The position numbers were made by a program, and so were the translations under genes. Shown one piece after another: positions 1 through 9,111 of a stretch of DNA of 64,000 nt. The notes beneath the pieces were generated by a model. It had not been told where the DNA came from. It did no database searches and worked only from the letters and a program-made list of their open reading frames with translations. The stretch is from a virus. Each line of letters opens with the position of its first letter. Position 1 is the stretch's first letter. The stretch lies in IMG/VR virus record IMGVR_UViG_3300036406_001149; one strand, given 5' to 3'.

Positions 1-376
1 AACTCATGCCCTGACCAGAAAATCCACGATAACCATAAATAGCTTCTGTTGCTCCTTTTGCTATCCAATCCTCTCTCTCGTTATGTATATCTATTTCTAC
101 TGCTCTCGTAACATCACAAGCGTTTCGTGTTCCATGGCTCACACAATCTCCAGTGGTTTGTCTTTCATTGTAAGGATGCTTATCAAACTTTAACACACTC
201 TTGTATGGTGTTGAAAGCTTCCCTTTGCCACTACCGCTAATTCTTTTGCTAGCATCACCAAATAATGGATACTTGGAAGTTTCCATCAAATGATCATATA
301 CATGCTGCTCCCATACGCAGCCACTAAATCCTTTACGATAATTATCATATAATTCTTTTGGAGATAGTCTAGGCAT
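1..376 (-). CDS. Papain-like (C1-type) cysteine peptidase, N-terminal part; runs off the window start
   Basis: Not in ORF track. Manual translation from ATG 376 (TAATG overlap with upstream stop): MPRLSPKELYDNYRKGF...NERQTTGDCVSHGTRNAC..., with the QxxGxC oxyanion/catalytic-Cys motif. Catalytic His lies outside the window. Confidence 0.6.
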   Translation of the reverse strand, partial: MPRLSPKELYDNYRKGFSGCVWEQHVYDHLMETSKYPLFGDASKRISGSGKGKLSTPYKSVLKFDKHPYNERQTTGDCVSHGTRNACDVTRAVEIDIHNEREDWIAKGATEAIYGYRGFSGQGMS

Positions 377-867
377 TATTTTGATCCCATATTACAAGCC
401 CAAGCTAAAGCATTAAGACCTTCTACAGCTTTGGCTCTTAGCTCTTTGGATAAAAGAATTTGATCATCACCAATAGAAGCTACTACTACTTCTTTTGCTT
501 CTTTGGCTAGATCAGGATACTTACCCTTAATATCTAGCCTAAGCATAACACCAGCCAAACTATTGGCTTGACGAATTTCTTCTGTGTTTTTAACTACTTC
601 GTTTTCTCCGTCAAGCTCAACAAGCTTTGCCAAATCCATATACAAATCTCTTAATCTTCTAGCGTCTGCTTTAGCCCCAGCTTCTTTTAGAACTGTAACG
701 ACATCTTCTGCTTCTTTTTTAAGAGCTTCATCTGTTGGTGTCGGTAATTCTAAAACGTCTACTGATACTGGTTTGTTTGGACCAAGAATATTTGAAAACT
801 CTGGCTTGAGCAAACCAACAAAGATTAATAAGATAGCTAATCCTAGTAATATATTTTTTTGGTTCAT
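376..867 (-). CDS. N-terminally membrane-anchored protein, putative lysis cassette
   Basis: Hydrophobic N-terminus ILLGLAILLIFVGLL; translationally coupled to neighbours. Confidence 0.6.
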   Translation of the reverse strand: MNQKNILLGLAILLIFVGLLKPEFSNILGPNKPVSVDVLELPTPTDEALKKEAEDVVTVLKEAGAKADARRLRDLYMDLAKLVELDGENEVVKNTEEIRQANSLAGVMLRLDIKGKYPDLAKEAKEVVVASIGDDQILLSKELRAKAVEGLNALAWACNMGSK

Positions 868-1256
868 GATACCTTATCCTCATTCGGTTTTTGCTTACAT
901 ACATTTGGACTTAAAAATGGAAACATTTGATCAGCAACTTTAACGGCTTCAGAACAACCGCTCTGAACAGCTAAGTCACGAGTTTGTTTCCATGAAACCA
1001 CTAATTTAAAAAAGGTATCTTCAACATCAGTTCCCTTTGGAACAACTACTGGGGATACTGAAGGTACTGTAACCACTGGTAACGCAGACCCACCCGTACC
1101 CTTGAACCTATCGACTAAACCCATAAGGAGTTTTTGTACTGGACTAAGTTTGTCCTTAAACAAAACCCATAGTACAATACCAACACCGGCATAAAGAGCC
1201 AAATCCGTTGTGCTCAGTTTACTACTAAATTCTTGAAAGCTCTCTGTAAAATTCAT
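864..1256 (-). CDS. Single-TM membrane protein, putative lysis cassette
   Basis: Likely start MNFTES at 1256 after an AAGGA RBS; TM LALYAGVGIVLWVLF. Confidence 0.6.
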   Translation of the reverse strand: MNFTESFQEFSSKLSTTDLALYAGVGIVLWVLFKDKLSPVQKLLMGLVDRFKGTGGSALPVVTVPSVSPVVVPKGTDVEDTFFKLVVSWKQTRDLAVQSGCSEAVKVADQMFPFLSPNVCKQKPNEDKVS

Positions 1257-1266
1257 TTTATTTTCC

Positions 1267-1692
1267 TTATTTATCTGACACTTTTGGAGTATTATCAACG
1301 ACAGAATCAACTTTAGCGCTTGGATCAACAAAAATTCCACTATTTCTAAACGTAGTAACTAAAGCATCAATAGTGGCACTAACCAAAAGCATGAGAATCT
1401 GTTTCACATACTTCTGTATAATAGGCTGTAGAATCTGTGGCACAAATGGAAAATTTATTATTGTAAATACTTGATCATAAAAGTTAGAGATCATAGTCAT
1501 AGCCAGTGTTTTTTTATCAGCCCCCTTAAGTGAGGGACTATTGTTCTCTATGCTTTGAATAACTTCTGCTGTAGCTAGTTGCAAAATATTCCATGCTTGT
1601 GGTACTGCTACTGCTTTTGCGCTTTTAAGAATTTCTTTAGCTTTAATTACTAGATCTCCAAGATCATTTACTGACAGGTTTTGGGTTTGCAT
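1267..1692 (-). CDS. Hypothetical protein, putative lysis cassette
   Basis: 141-aa ORF co-directional and packed between membrane-protein genes. Confidence 0.55.
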   Translation of the reverse strand: MQTQNLSVNDLGDLVIKAKEILKSAKAVAVPQAWNILQLATAEVIQSIENNSPSLKGADKKTLAMTMISNFYDQVFTIINFPFVPQILQPIIQKYVKQILMLLVSATIDALVTTFRNSGIFVDPSAKVDSVVDNTPKVSDK

Positions 1693-1990
1693 TTTTCTTT
1701 CTCTTTTTTCTTAATGGTTGACTATTCTTTTTATTAGCTTCTTTTCTTTCTTCTGGGGTTGCTGTATTCCACCAAGTCTTTTTAAGGTCTGTTCTCCCCT
1801 TAACGTATTTGAATAGCACAGTAAGCTGACCAATAATCAAAATTGTAGCTTCTAAGCCTCTACTAGTTTCTTGGATCAAGTCTTCTTTTTGAGTATTGCT
1901 ATCTAATAGTCCTATTAAATATAAGCCACTAAATAAGAAACTCACTAATGTAAACCAAAATTCACTAGTTCTATAACCGGGTTTAACCAT
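1664..1990 (-). CDS. Holin-like membrane protein
   Basis: Start at 1990 after GGAGA RBS; GYRTSEFW followed by TM segments and a basic C-terminal tail, a pattern typical of small phage holins. Confidence 0.5.
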   Translation of the reverse strand: MVKPGYRTSEFWFTLVSFLFSGLYLIGLLDSNTQKEDLIQETSRGLEATILIIGQLTVLFKYVKGRTDLKKTWWNTATPEERKEANKKNSQPLRKKRKKNANPKPVSK

Positions 1991-2024
1991 TTTAGTCTCC
2001 AATTAAAGATAAAATTAGACCAGA

Positions 2025-2036
2025 ATATAATACACC
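2025..2036 (-). promoter_or_regulatory. Class II (no -35) promoter motif GGTGTATTATAT
   Basis: About 35 nt upstream of ATG 1990, separate from the RBS; recurs at many gene starts. Confidence 0.5.
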
Positions 2037-2044
2037 AATTAGTA

Positions 2045-2665
2045 TTATGCGTTTTGATCAACAAATCCGAAACAAACTGTGCAATAGTTTTCACTAACAG
2101 TATAATTGAAAGTCACAGTGGTTACAGTTCCATCTATTCGAATTATATTGTATCCTTCTTCTCCAGTAAACTGAGAATATTGAGTAGCATTTACTGGATT
2201 TTGATATGTTGTAAGTGTTTCCCATATTGGAGTAAATGGTGCTGATACTTGTACAGGAACTGGAGTACCTCCCTGTCCAACGCTAGCAAATGCGACTAAT
2301 GCATTATTAACGGGTTGACTGAAAGTTGCAGTAAAGATACCTGCTTGAGTATTTTTAATTTGAGTTCCACTAAGTGGTACTCCGTAAGCTTCGGGAAAGG
2401 TTGTGCCACCAACCATGCCAGTATGAGCATCCATACCTCCACCAGTTTGTGTGATTGAGATCGTGATATTGTTCTGACCAATTCCAGAAGCAGTACTGGA
2501 AGTAACAGAACCTATATTCATCCACTGAAACCCAGAACTACCAAAACCTGTTTTTTCAAAAACTAAATTATTTCCTAAAAATGCTTTAGAAATATCTATA
2601 TTCCCTAATTTAATAGAAGTTATATTAGAGTCACTTAAAAATATATCACTGTTTACTGTTGGCAT
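2045..2665 (-). CDS. Probable virion structural / tail-fibre-associated protein
   Basis: N-terminal ITSIKLGNIDISKAFLGNNLVF motif; G/S/T-rich, beta-type composition. Confidence 0.5.
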   Translation of the reverse strand: MPTVNSDIFLSDSNITSIKLGNIDISKAFLGNNLVFEKTGFGSSGFQWMNIGSVTSSTASGIGQNNITISITQTGGGMDAHTGMVGGTTFPEAYGVPLSGTQIKNTQAGIFTATFSQPVNNALVAFASVGQGGTPVPVQVSAPFTPIWETLTTYQNPVNATQYSQFTGEEGYNIIRIDGTVTTVTFNYTVSENYCTVCFGFVDQNA

Positions 2666-2673
2666 ACAAACTT

Positions 2674-2934
2674 TTAACCCCTAATGATATATAAGGTATT
2701 AGCGTCTTTTGTAGCGAGATTGTCGTAGTTGCTTTGAGAAATGCTAATCATGTTTGTGATACGAACAGAATTACTAACTAAACTAGTGTTACTTTGAACT
2801 AAACCAGAATGAAGAACAGATACTGAGACCTTTTTTGTCAAAGCAGATCCTGATGGGTCATCCATAATTAAAAATATATCATCGCTAGTTAAACCACTAG
2901 CTGCTGGAAATTCATTAATACGTTGTATACTCAT
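2674..2934 (-). CDS. Probable tail-fibre-associated small structural protein
   Basis: INEFPAASGLTSDDIFLIMD start and SQSNYDNLATKDANTLYII end, both common phage fibre motifs. Confidence 0.5.
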   Translation of the reverse strand: MSIQRINEFPAASGLTSDDIFLIMDDPSGSALTKKVSVSVLHSGLVQSNTSLVSNSVRITNMISISQSNYDNLATKDANTLYIIRG

Positions 2935-3147
2935 TTAACCACCTATTACTGTTTGGTCGCCAACTAATTGAACAAAAATACCATTATAGAATCTATTATC
3001 GTATTTATCTTCAATATCACTAATCGTTGGAGTATTTTTAACATATGTGTCTATTGTGGAATACTCTCCGGCAACTGTTGTTGTAACAACTGTTGTTCCG
3101 TTTTTTATCTGATTACCACTAATTGCTTTATTTATATCGTTTGCCAT
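2935..3147 (-). CDS. Hypothetical protein
   Basis: ORF track; abuts neighbours. Confidence 0.5.
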   Translation of the reverse strand: MANDINKAISGNQIKNGTTVVTTTVAGEYSTIDTYVKNTPTISDIEDKYDNRFYNGIFVQLVGDQTVIGG

Positions 3148-3156
3148 AAAATTAAA

Positions 3157-3474
3157 TTACCTTTCTATTCTATCTTCTAGTGCTTCTAAAGTTTTGCCTA
3201 ACATAGCAATTTGAACCTTTAATTCGTTCATAACTTCTGTATTTCTTTGTAAAGCAGCAGCGAAAGCTGCTTGACTTTCTTTTCCACTATTTAATCTTTC
3301 CATAATAAATTGTCTATCATGAACATATGGAGACTGTGTTTCTATCATCGCTAATACTTCCGACTTGCTTGCCATATTACGTCCTATAGCTACCCAAAAA
3401 CCCATCATGGTTACTACTATACCAATACTTGTTGTAGCAATGTTTTCCCAAAAATGTATAATGGTTTCTTGCAT
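3157..3474 (-). CDS. TM plus coiled-coil protein
   Basis: TM IATTSIGIVVTMMGFWVAIG, then heptad-like C-terminus; GGAGA RBS. Confidence 0.55.
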   Translation of the reverse strand: MQETIIHFWENIATTSIGIVVTMMGFWVAIGRNMASKSEVLAMIETQSPYVHDRQFIMERLNSGKESQAAFAAALQRNTEVMNELKVQIAMLGKTLEALEDRIER

Positions 3475-3562
3475 ATTATGTCTCCGTAAAATTAAAAGCC
3501 AAAGACACTGTTCAGCATCCTTGGCTTCTAATCATATCTATGAAAAGTTAGTTTTAACGATA

Positions 3563-4096
3563 TCAACCGGTTTTGGCTTTATAGTCATTATTACTAACAG
3601 GAACTGGATTGCCTAACTTGTATGTTAGTTGACCAGGGGCTGATCTTGTTGGGTTTGCTGCTGTATCCTCTGATAAAGAATCATTAGATACTTGAGGATA
3701 TTCAGCATCCCATGCTCCGGTAAATCTATTGTACTTGTTAGCTCTAATACCACTTGATGTTTTGGTTGTTCTAAGAGCTTCAATTTTATGAATACTTCTT
3801 AGTAAACCTGGAACATTTGCTCCACTACGAAGAGCATTATTAGTAACACCAGATAAAGTAGTTGTTAATCTTGGGGCTACTGGGCTAGAATTATTGTAAG
3901 CAAACACACCGGCTGAAACTGCTTCGTTAGCCCAAGCATTATCAACTGGAGTAGAAGCAAAAACTCCAACATTGGAAGCTCCTAGTGCTCTAGTCTCTAA
4001 TACTGTAGATGTGTTGCCAACATTTAATCCAGTACCACCATTATTTTTGGTAGATGAAGATGTGGTAGAAGAACCATTTTGTTGGATTGAGGCCAT
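3563..4096 (-). CDS. Probable structural protein
   Basis: Start MASIQQ at 4096 after GGAGA; small-residue-rich. Confidence 0.5.
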   Translation of the reverse strand: MASIQQNGSSTTSSSTKNNGGTGLNVGNTSTVLETRALGASNVGVFASTPVDNAWANEAVSAGVFAYNNSSPVAPRLTTTLSGVTNNALRSGANVPGLLRSIHKIEALRTTKTSSGIRANKYNRFTGAWDAEYPQVSNDSLSEDTAANPTRSAPGQLTYKLGNPVPVSNNDYKAKTG

Positions 4097-4131
4097 TGTA
4101 TTCTCCATTGAAAATAGGGTTAATAGACAAT

Positions 4132-4143
4132 AATGTATACCCC
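4132..4143 (-). promoter_or_regulatory. Class II promoter motif GGGGTATACATT
   Basis: About 35 nt upstream of ATG 4096, separate from RBS. Confidence 0.4.
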
Positions 4144-4155
4144 AAAATTTATGTT

Positions 4156-4824
4156 TTAAGTATTAGTTTGTAATTTTTTGCTAATTTTTTCTAAAGTATA
4201 TATATTATTCGTTTTATATGCATATATTTTTTTATTAGATAACAAAGTGTCTACATGAGAATCTGTCCAAGCGTTACCATTAACTACTATCTTAATGTTG
4301 TCAATTTTTTGATTAATCATGACAGACGCTAGGATATTATCGGCTAAATTATCTAATAAATGATTAGAAGATGGATAAATAGTATCAATTTTGTGTCCAA
4401 CCAAAATTTGACATATTTTATATAACAATTCTAGAGTAAATACCCTATATTCTAGAACATATCTAAGCTCTATATTATTTTCAGAACAAATACTTTTATG
4501 AGTATTAATATCTTCTCTAAATTTATCGTACTTTCTATTACACAGAAGGTGGGCTGGCGTCACAAGCTCTATTATTTCTGCTCCATTTTTTATTGCTAAT
4601 TCAACAGAACTTTGTCTTGATTTAAGATCAGACACACCAAACGGATAATCTATAATAGTAGAAAGTTTGGCCGAATTCTTTGTTATGTGATTTTTAATAC
4701 CTTTGAGATAGTACGGAAAGACAGAAATAACACTAGGATTATATATGAGTGCTTTTTCTATAGTTTGTTTAGTTTCTAGTTCATTACTAGCTATATCATA
4801 GTAACCATACTCAATATGGTGCAT
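4156..4824 (-). CDS. DeoC (deoxyribose-phosphate aldolase)-like TIM barrel lacking catalytic lysines
   Basis: LSTIIDYPFG and AIKNGAEIIELV match DeoC; FxKTSTG is replaced by TIYPSSN and VKASGG by IVVNGN. Confidence 0.65.
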   Translation of the reverse strand: MHHIEYGYYDIASNELETKQTIEKALIYNPSVISVFPYYLKGIKNHITKNSAKLSTIIDYPFGVSDLKSRQSSVELAIKNGAEIIELVTPAHLLCNRKYDKFREDINTHKSICSENNIELRYVLEYRVFTLELLYKICQILVGHKIDTIYPSSNHLLDNLADNILASVMINQKIDNIKIVVNGNAWTDSHVDTLLSNKKIYAYKTNNIYTLEKISKKLQTNT

Positions 4825-4826
4825 AA

Positions 4827-5504
4827 TTATTTTTTCTTAAAAGACTTGATGCTGTCTATAGTTGGAAATCTTTTACTTCCTAATACACCATCGGCAAAAC
4901 CATATGATACCGCATCTTCCGAGTTTAAAATCCAATCATGTCTACTAGCCAATTGAGACACAATATGTTTTTTTGCCATCATTTTTTTCCAATTTTTGTT
5001 TTTAGCCATATCGCTATTCATGCATCTATCAGTAAAAATATCTATCATTTTATCAGATTCTTTTTCGCTCCATTGAACATTACTTAGTACTGCTTTGTGT
5101 TCGTTGTCTACACTCAATGATCCATAATGAATTAGTACGTGAGTATTTGGCATCAGAATTCTTAAGTCTGCTGCTTGTAATAGAACGCTACTTGCTGACT
5201 CTACTTTTGCATATGCTAAAATTGCTATTTTGGACTTGGAGTGTTTAATAGTATCATACATTCCTAAACAATCCTCCCATACTCCTCCCGGCAAATGCAT
5301 ATGCACTAGAATAGGATCGTTAGATATTAAATTGAAATACCTGATATTTTTTTCGAAAGTAACAGCTGATCTATAATCTACTCCTGTCTCTTCTTCTGAG
5401 TCTGTACTACTATGTAGATATAATTCTCTATTTTTTATGTCGATACCTAAATAATGTATGTCGTGCAGATCGTTGTCTGATAGAGGGTGCCTTGGTTCAA
5501 CCAT
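4827..5504 (-). CDS. clpP: ClpP-family serine protease
   Basis: LPGG, VESASSVLLQAA (Ser), MPNTHVLIH (His), RHDWILNSEDAVSYGFAD (Asp). Confidence 0.85.
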   Translation of the reverse strand: MVEPRHPLSDNDLHDIHYLGIDIKNRELYLHSSTDSEEETGVDYRSAVTFEKNIRYFNLISNDPILVHMHLPGGVWEDCLGMYDTIKHSKSKIAILAYAKVESASSVLLQAADLRILMPNTHVLIHYGSLSVDNEHKAVLSNVQWSEKESDKMIDIFTDRCMNSDMAKNKNWKKMMAKKHIVSQLASRHDWILNSEDAVSYGFADGVLGSKRFPTIDSIKSFKKK

Positions 5505-5506
5505 TA

Positions 5507-5941
5507 TTATAGTCCGTTGTTAGTAATTTGTTGTTCGATATTTTTCATAACGTTAATGTCTTTGAAAGCTTTACCTATACCAATTCTAAAACGATATCTA
5601 GTAAAAATATCTAATGTTTCAACTCCGTCTGCTTCTTCAATTAGAACTGCTAAAGAAGGAGAAATATTAAAATTAGTATGTCCAACCCAAAAATTAAATA
5701 TACTACTACTTGCAGTATACTCATTATACGGAACAATACCCATGGGGGTGTAAACCACTCTGACTGGTTTACTTACACTACCAACGCTCTCGTCTGTTTC
5801 ATGGTCTTCTAAATCGTCTTCGTCGTGATAAAAGTTATCAGATATATCGTTATCAATATCTATTTCATTTTCATCGTATCCTAAAAACGGATCTCTCCAT
5901 TTTTCCCATATAATTAAATTATTTTTTTGGTGGTGTTCCAT
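5507..5941 (-). CDS. Hypothetical acidic protein
   Basis: ORF track; in operon with clpP. Confidence 0.6.
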   Translation of the reverse strand: MEHHQKNNLIIWEKWRDPFLGYDENEIDIDNDISDNFYHDEDDLEDHETDESVGSVSKPVRVVYTPMGIVPYNEYTASSSIFNFWVGHTNFNISPSLAVLIEEADGVETLDIFTRYRFRIGIGKAFKDINVMKNIEQQITNNGL

Positions 5942-6371
5942 GATATTTTAGTTTTTCTTCCATAATACCAAATACGGATGATGGGGATATTAATGGATAT
6001 GTTGTGTCTATAGTATTGTGCATCTTGATAAAGTTTTTCCAAAAAAAAGCAACATTATTACAAAATAAATTATGTTGATCAGATATGTCCTGATTTTTTT
6101 CTAAAGCAGTCAATACTAATGACATAAATTGCTGAGGATTGCTGTGTAATTTATATAAACAGTAGGCCAATTTTTCTGCTTGTTTATAATTGTTTTCTTC
6201 TGTAATATTATATTCTGCTATATTAGAAACGCAACTAATATTATTTTGTGTTAAATCAAATATAAGCTTTAATGACGTTTCATCAATGTGATTATCGTCC
6301 TGTACTGCTTGTTTTTTCTTGTGAAAAGCAAATAGGTTTCGTAAATATAAATAAATATTCTTAATATGCAT
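5919..6371 (-). CDS. Hypothetical protein
   Basis: ORF track; overlaps both neighbours. Confidence 0.55.
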   Translation of the reverse strand: MHIKNIYLYLRNLFAFHKKKQAVQDDNHIDETSLKLIFDLTQNNISCVSNIAEYNITEENNYKQAEKLAYCLYKLHSNPQQFMSLVLTALEKNQDISDQHNLFCNNVAFFWKNFIKMHNTIDTTYPLISPSSVFGIMEEKLKYHGTPPKK

Positions 6372-6735
6372 AAATAGCTTTGCGTAAAATTGTACTAGTT
6401 TTTAGTAACTCTGTCGCATCATGCCAATGGCTGTTTTTTAATACAGATTTATACGGGATACTACAACTATAAAATAGCAATAAATATTTTTCTTGACTAT
6501 CTGTTTGTATTAAGTCTATATCTATGAATCTTGGCTTGTTCCAATTTGGGTCCAGAGACACATATTGCTTAAACATATTTCTAACCAAATCATCTATTAA
6601 TAGAGTATTATTATTGATATCTATTTTATTAAGATCCAAGACAGGTAATTGTAGCTCCTCAGAATCTGTTGAAAGTATCAAAAAATTATTAGATGGATCG
6701 ATAGAATGAATAATCAAATGTAAATTATTTTGCAT
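6361..6735 (-). CDS. Hypothetical protein, possibly a degenerate NUDIX-like fold
   Basis: FLILSTDSEELQLP resembles the NUDIX N-terminal strands; no Nudix box. Confidence 0.35.
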   Translation of the reverse strand: MQNNLHLIIHSIDPSNNFLILSTDSEELQLPVLDLNKIDINNNTLLIDDLVRNMFKQYVSLDPNWNKPRFIDIDLIQTDSQEKYLLLFYSCSIPYKSVLKNSHWHDATELLKTSTILRKAIYAY

Positions 6736-7303
6736 GTTCTCTTATCGTATTGAGGCTCTTATTTAGGTTTTGTCTAATAGCTTCTCTGGTGACTCCGTAT
6801 GTTCTTCCTATTTCTGCTAATGTTTTGTTATCATAGTAGTACTGTTTAATAATATCTCTTTGTTTATCTGTGATCGGAGACATATCCAATAACTGGCTCA
6901 TATCATGTTTTAGATTAGTATAGTATTCTTTTTCTTCGATTTCTTTTTGTGTTGGATCAGAGTATATGACCTGATCGCTGTTATAAGTAGATAAATATTT
7001 ATCAATTTGATCTTGATATTTTTTATTGCTCTTATACTGTTTTGTTGCGTACGTTTTAATCGCCCATATAGCGCACTGATTTCTATATGAATATATCGTT
7101 TTCTTCATACCTGTGCTTTTACCAACTCTATTTTCGTCCCATTTCCAATCTGCTATCATGATAGCCTCTGCTATTTCAGATATAACTTCATCGTTATTGA
7201 GCATTTCCTTAACCAAAGATGGATACATTTTCCCAGCAAATTTAGAAATAGTTTTTTTAGCTAGGTTAATATATGTGTCCAATGTGTCGTAAGTCTTTTC
7301 CAT
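6725..7303 (-). CDS. Phage sigma70-family sigma factor
   Basis: C-terminal region-4 HTH: ITDKQRDIIKQYYYDNKTLAEIGRTYGVTREAIRQ; region-2-like IYSYRNQCAIWAI. Confidence 0.75.
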   Translation of the reverse strand: MEKTYDTLDTYINLAKKTISKFAGKMYPSLVKEMLNNDEVISEIAEAIMIADWKWDENRVGKSTGMKKTIYSYRNQCAIWAIKTYATKQYKSNKKYQDQIDKYLSTYNSDQVIYSDPTQKEIEEKEYYTNLKHDMSQLLDMSPITDKQRDIIKQYYYDNKTLAEIGRTYGVTREAIRQNLNKSLNTIREHAK

Positions 7304-7353
7304 AAATAAATAATCCTTAAAATAAAAAGTGTCTTTGAATCAAACTATTAAGA

Positions 7354-7938
7354 TTACTCTGTCAATTTTTTCCACTGTTCCGGGTCTGGCCTATCTTTGT
7401 CTCCTCGTTTAGCTGGACGATAATTTTTCCCTTCTTTCTTTTTTTTCTTTCTGATATTATCCCAGAGGCCCGGCTTTTTTGCTACTGTAGTATCGGCAGC
7501 CTGAGACACATACATGACAAAATCGTGAATAGTACGCATGTAATCTTCCGTTATGGCGATTTTACCTTGTAACCAGCTTTCTGTCAAGTTCTCTGCTACT
7601 TTTGGATTTTCAAGACTGTTCAATATTTCTGTGGCATGGGTTGCTATGGCTCTTAACGAACCTAAACTCATTTCATAAAAATCTTTTTTGTATTCCATCA
7701 TCTCTTGTTCAATAGATTCCAATTCTATGTCTTCAATATTGCGAAAATCACCATCATCTGACTTAGTTTTTTTTAAGTTTTGCAATTTTTGTTTTACTGC
7801 ATAAATCTCTAGTAATTCTTTCATATCGTCAAGAGATAGCAGATCTATTCTATCTGGACTTGTGTTTTCACAATTTTTAGAATATTCTGATGATAGAAAG
7901 TTATTTATATTGTTAAGAATGGCGTTTATACGATCCAT
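7354..7938 (-). CDS. Hypothetical protein with basic C-terminal phage motif
   Basis: KKPGLWDNIRKKKKKEGKNYRPAK...DRP tail. Confidence 0.6.
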   Translation of the reverse strand: MDRINAILNNINNFLSSEYSKNCENTSPDRIDLLSLDDMKELLEIYAVKQKLQNLKKTKSDDGDFRNIEDIELESIEQEMMEYKKDFYEMSLGSLRAIATHATEILNSLENPKVAENLTESWLQGKIAITEDYMRTIHDFVMYVSQAADTTVAKKPGLWDNIRKKKKKEGKNYRPAKRGDKDRPDPEQWKKLTE

Positions 7939-7941
7939 GAT

Positions 7942-8526
7942 TTATACCTGTATACTGAGGAAGTTGTCTAGGCCCATTTGTTCAATTAACTTTAGATAGC
8001 CTTCATATAGCACTATACCATCTTCACTACCTTGTAGTAGTGGTATCATAATATTAGCTGTCATCTCATCACCAACTGATCTAGCTGCGACTATAGTAGC
8101 CCTTTCAGCAGCGGATGCTTCTTGAACCGAAGCTAGATTATATCTAATCATAGCAAGCATATCATGTCTGCTCCAAGCTGGAGGCTGAACTACTAATGGT
8201 TGATAGTCAGCATCAAAAAATTCTAGTCTTAATAGATTAATCATAGCGTGTTTATGTTCTTCTAGAGCGTCTGCTTTTATGACCGCTGCTAGTTTAGAAT
8301 AGCCCCATCTCTCTAGATGTACAGCCTGTGCTGAAAGAACTGTTGTTTGCTGCCAGTGAATATTTAGCGATTTCTTAAGAAGTTCAACAACTTGGTCATT
8401 AGTATAATTTTTAGCTTCTTCATCAGATATCATGTCCTGATGGTCCGGTTCTTCTGCCACAATATTTTCCTTTTCTGCGATGTTTTGAGATTGTTCGCTT
8501 AATAATTCTTCTATATTTTTATTCAT
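7942..8526 (-). CDS. bfr: Bacterioferritin-like protein with altered ferroxidase centre
   Basis: Near gap-free match to recalled E. coli Bfr (ERWGYSKL, EEHKHA, LIEQMGLDNFL); ligand substitutions described in findings. Confidence 0.8.
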   Translation of the reverse strand: MNKNIEELLSEQSQNIAEKENIVAEEPDHQDMISDEEAKNYTNDQVVELLKKSLNIHWQQTTVLSAQAVHLERWGYSKLAAVIKADALEEHKHAMINLLRLEFFDADYQPLVVQPPAWSRHDMLAMIRYNLASVQEASAAERATIVAARSVGDEMTANIMIPLLQGSEDGIVLYEGYLKLIEQMGLDNFLSIQV

Positions 8527-8572
8527 AATTAAAGATCCATTTTCTTGTTAATATATTACCCTGAATACTATT

Positions 8573-9100
8573 TCACCAAGCTTTGCAACTCCAAAATCTG
8601 GCTTTCCACTTTGGACCAGGATTATCGCAATTATGTCTAGCTCTGAAACTTTTCCTTCTTGATGGAATATGCTTCTTAATTTTCATATCTGGATCACCAA
8701 AGTTAACTTTAACAACATTACCTTTATCATTTTTTACATAGACTGAGAATTTTTTGGGACCATCTGGCGTACGAAATGGTTTATTTAAAGTTACTTTTCT
8801 ATTGTTTTTTTCTGCGGCTACCAAAATATCATTATCGTCATATTGTAGAATCTCATTAACTTCAACATCCCAAACAAATTCGTCCCATTCATCGTCCCAT
8901 GTATAATTAGTGGCTAATAATATATTATCTTGTATTTGATCTAATAAGGGATGACTGGTATCATAGCCTTTGGATTGGCCTAAACAAATAGCTACTCTCT
9001 GTTTGGAATCAGGGTATTCTTTCTTCATGGTTTCATTGCCCATACATCGGGCAACAAACTTTTGCTTGTCTTCGTTTTCTTTAGGATTGGGTATGGGCAT
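8573..9100 (-). CDS. Two-domain conserved phage protein of unknown function
   Basis: N-terminal PIPNPKENEDKQKFVARCM domain; C-terminal KVNFGDP...SFRARHNC...KARFWSC domain. Confidence 0.65.
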   Translation of the reverse strand: MPIPNPKENEDKQKFVARCMGNETMKKEYPDSKQRVAICLGQSKGYDTSHPLLDQIQDNILLATNYTWDDEWDEFVWDVEVNEILQYDDNDILVAAEKNNRKVTLNKPFRTPDGPKKFSVYVKNDKGNVVKVNFGDPDMKIKKHIPSRRKSFRARHNCDNPGPKWKARFWSCKAW

Positions 9101-9111
9101 AGTATTTCTCC

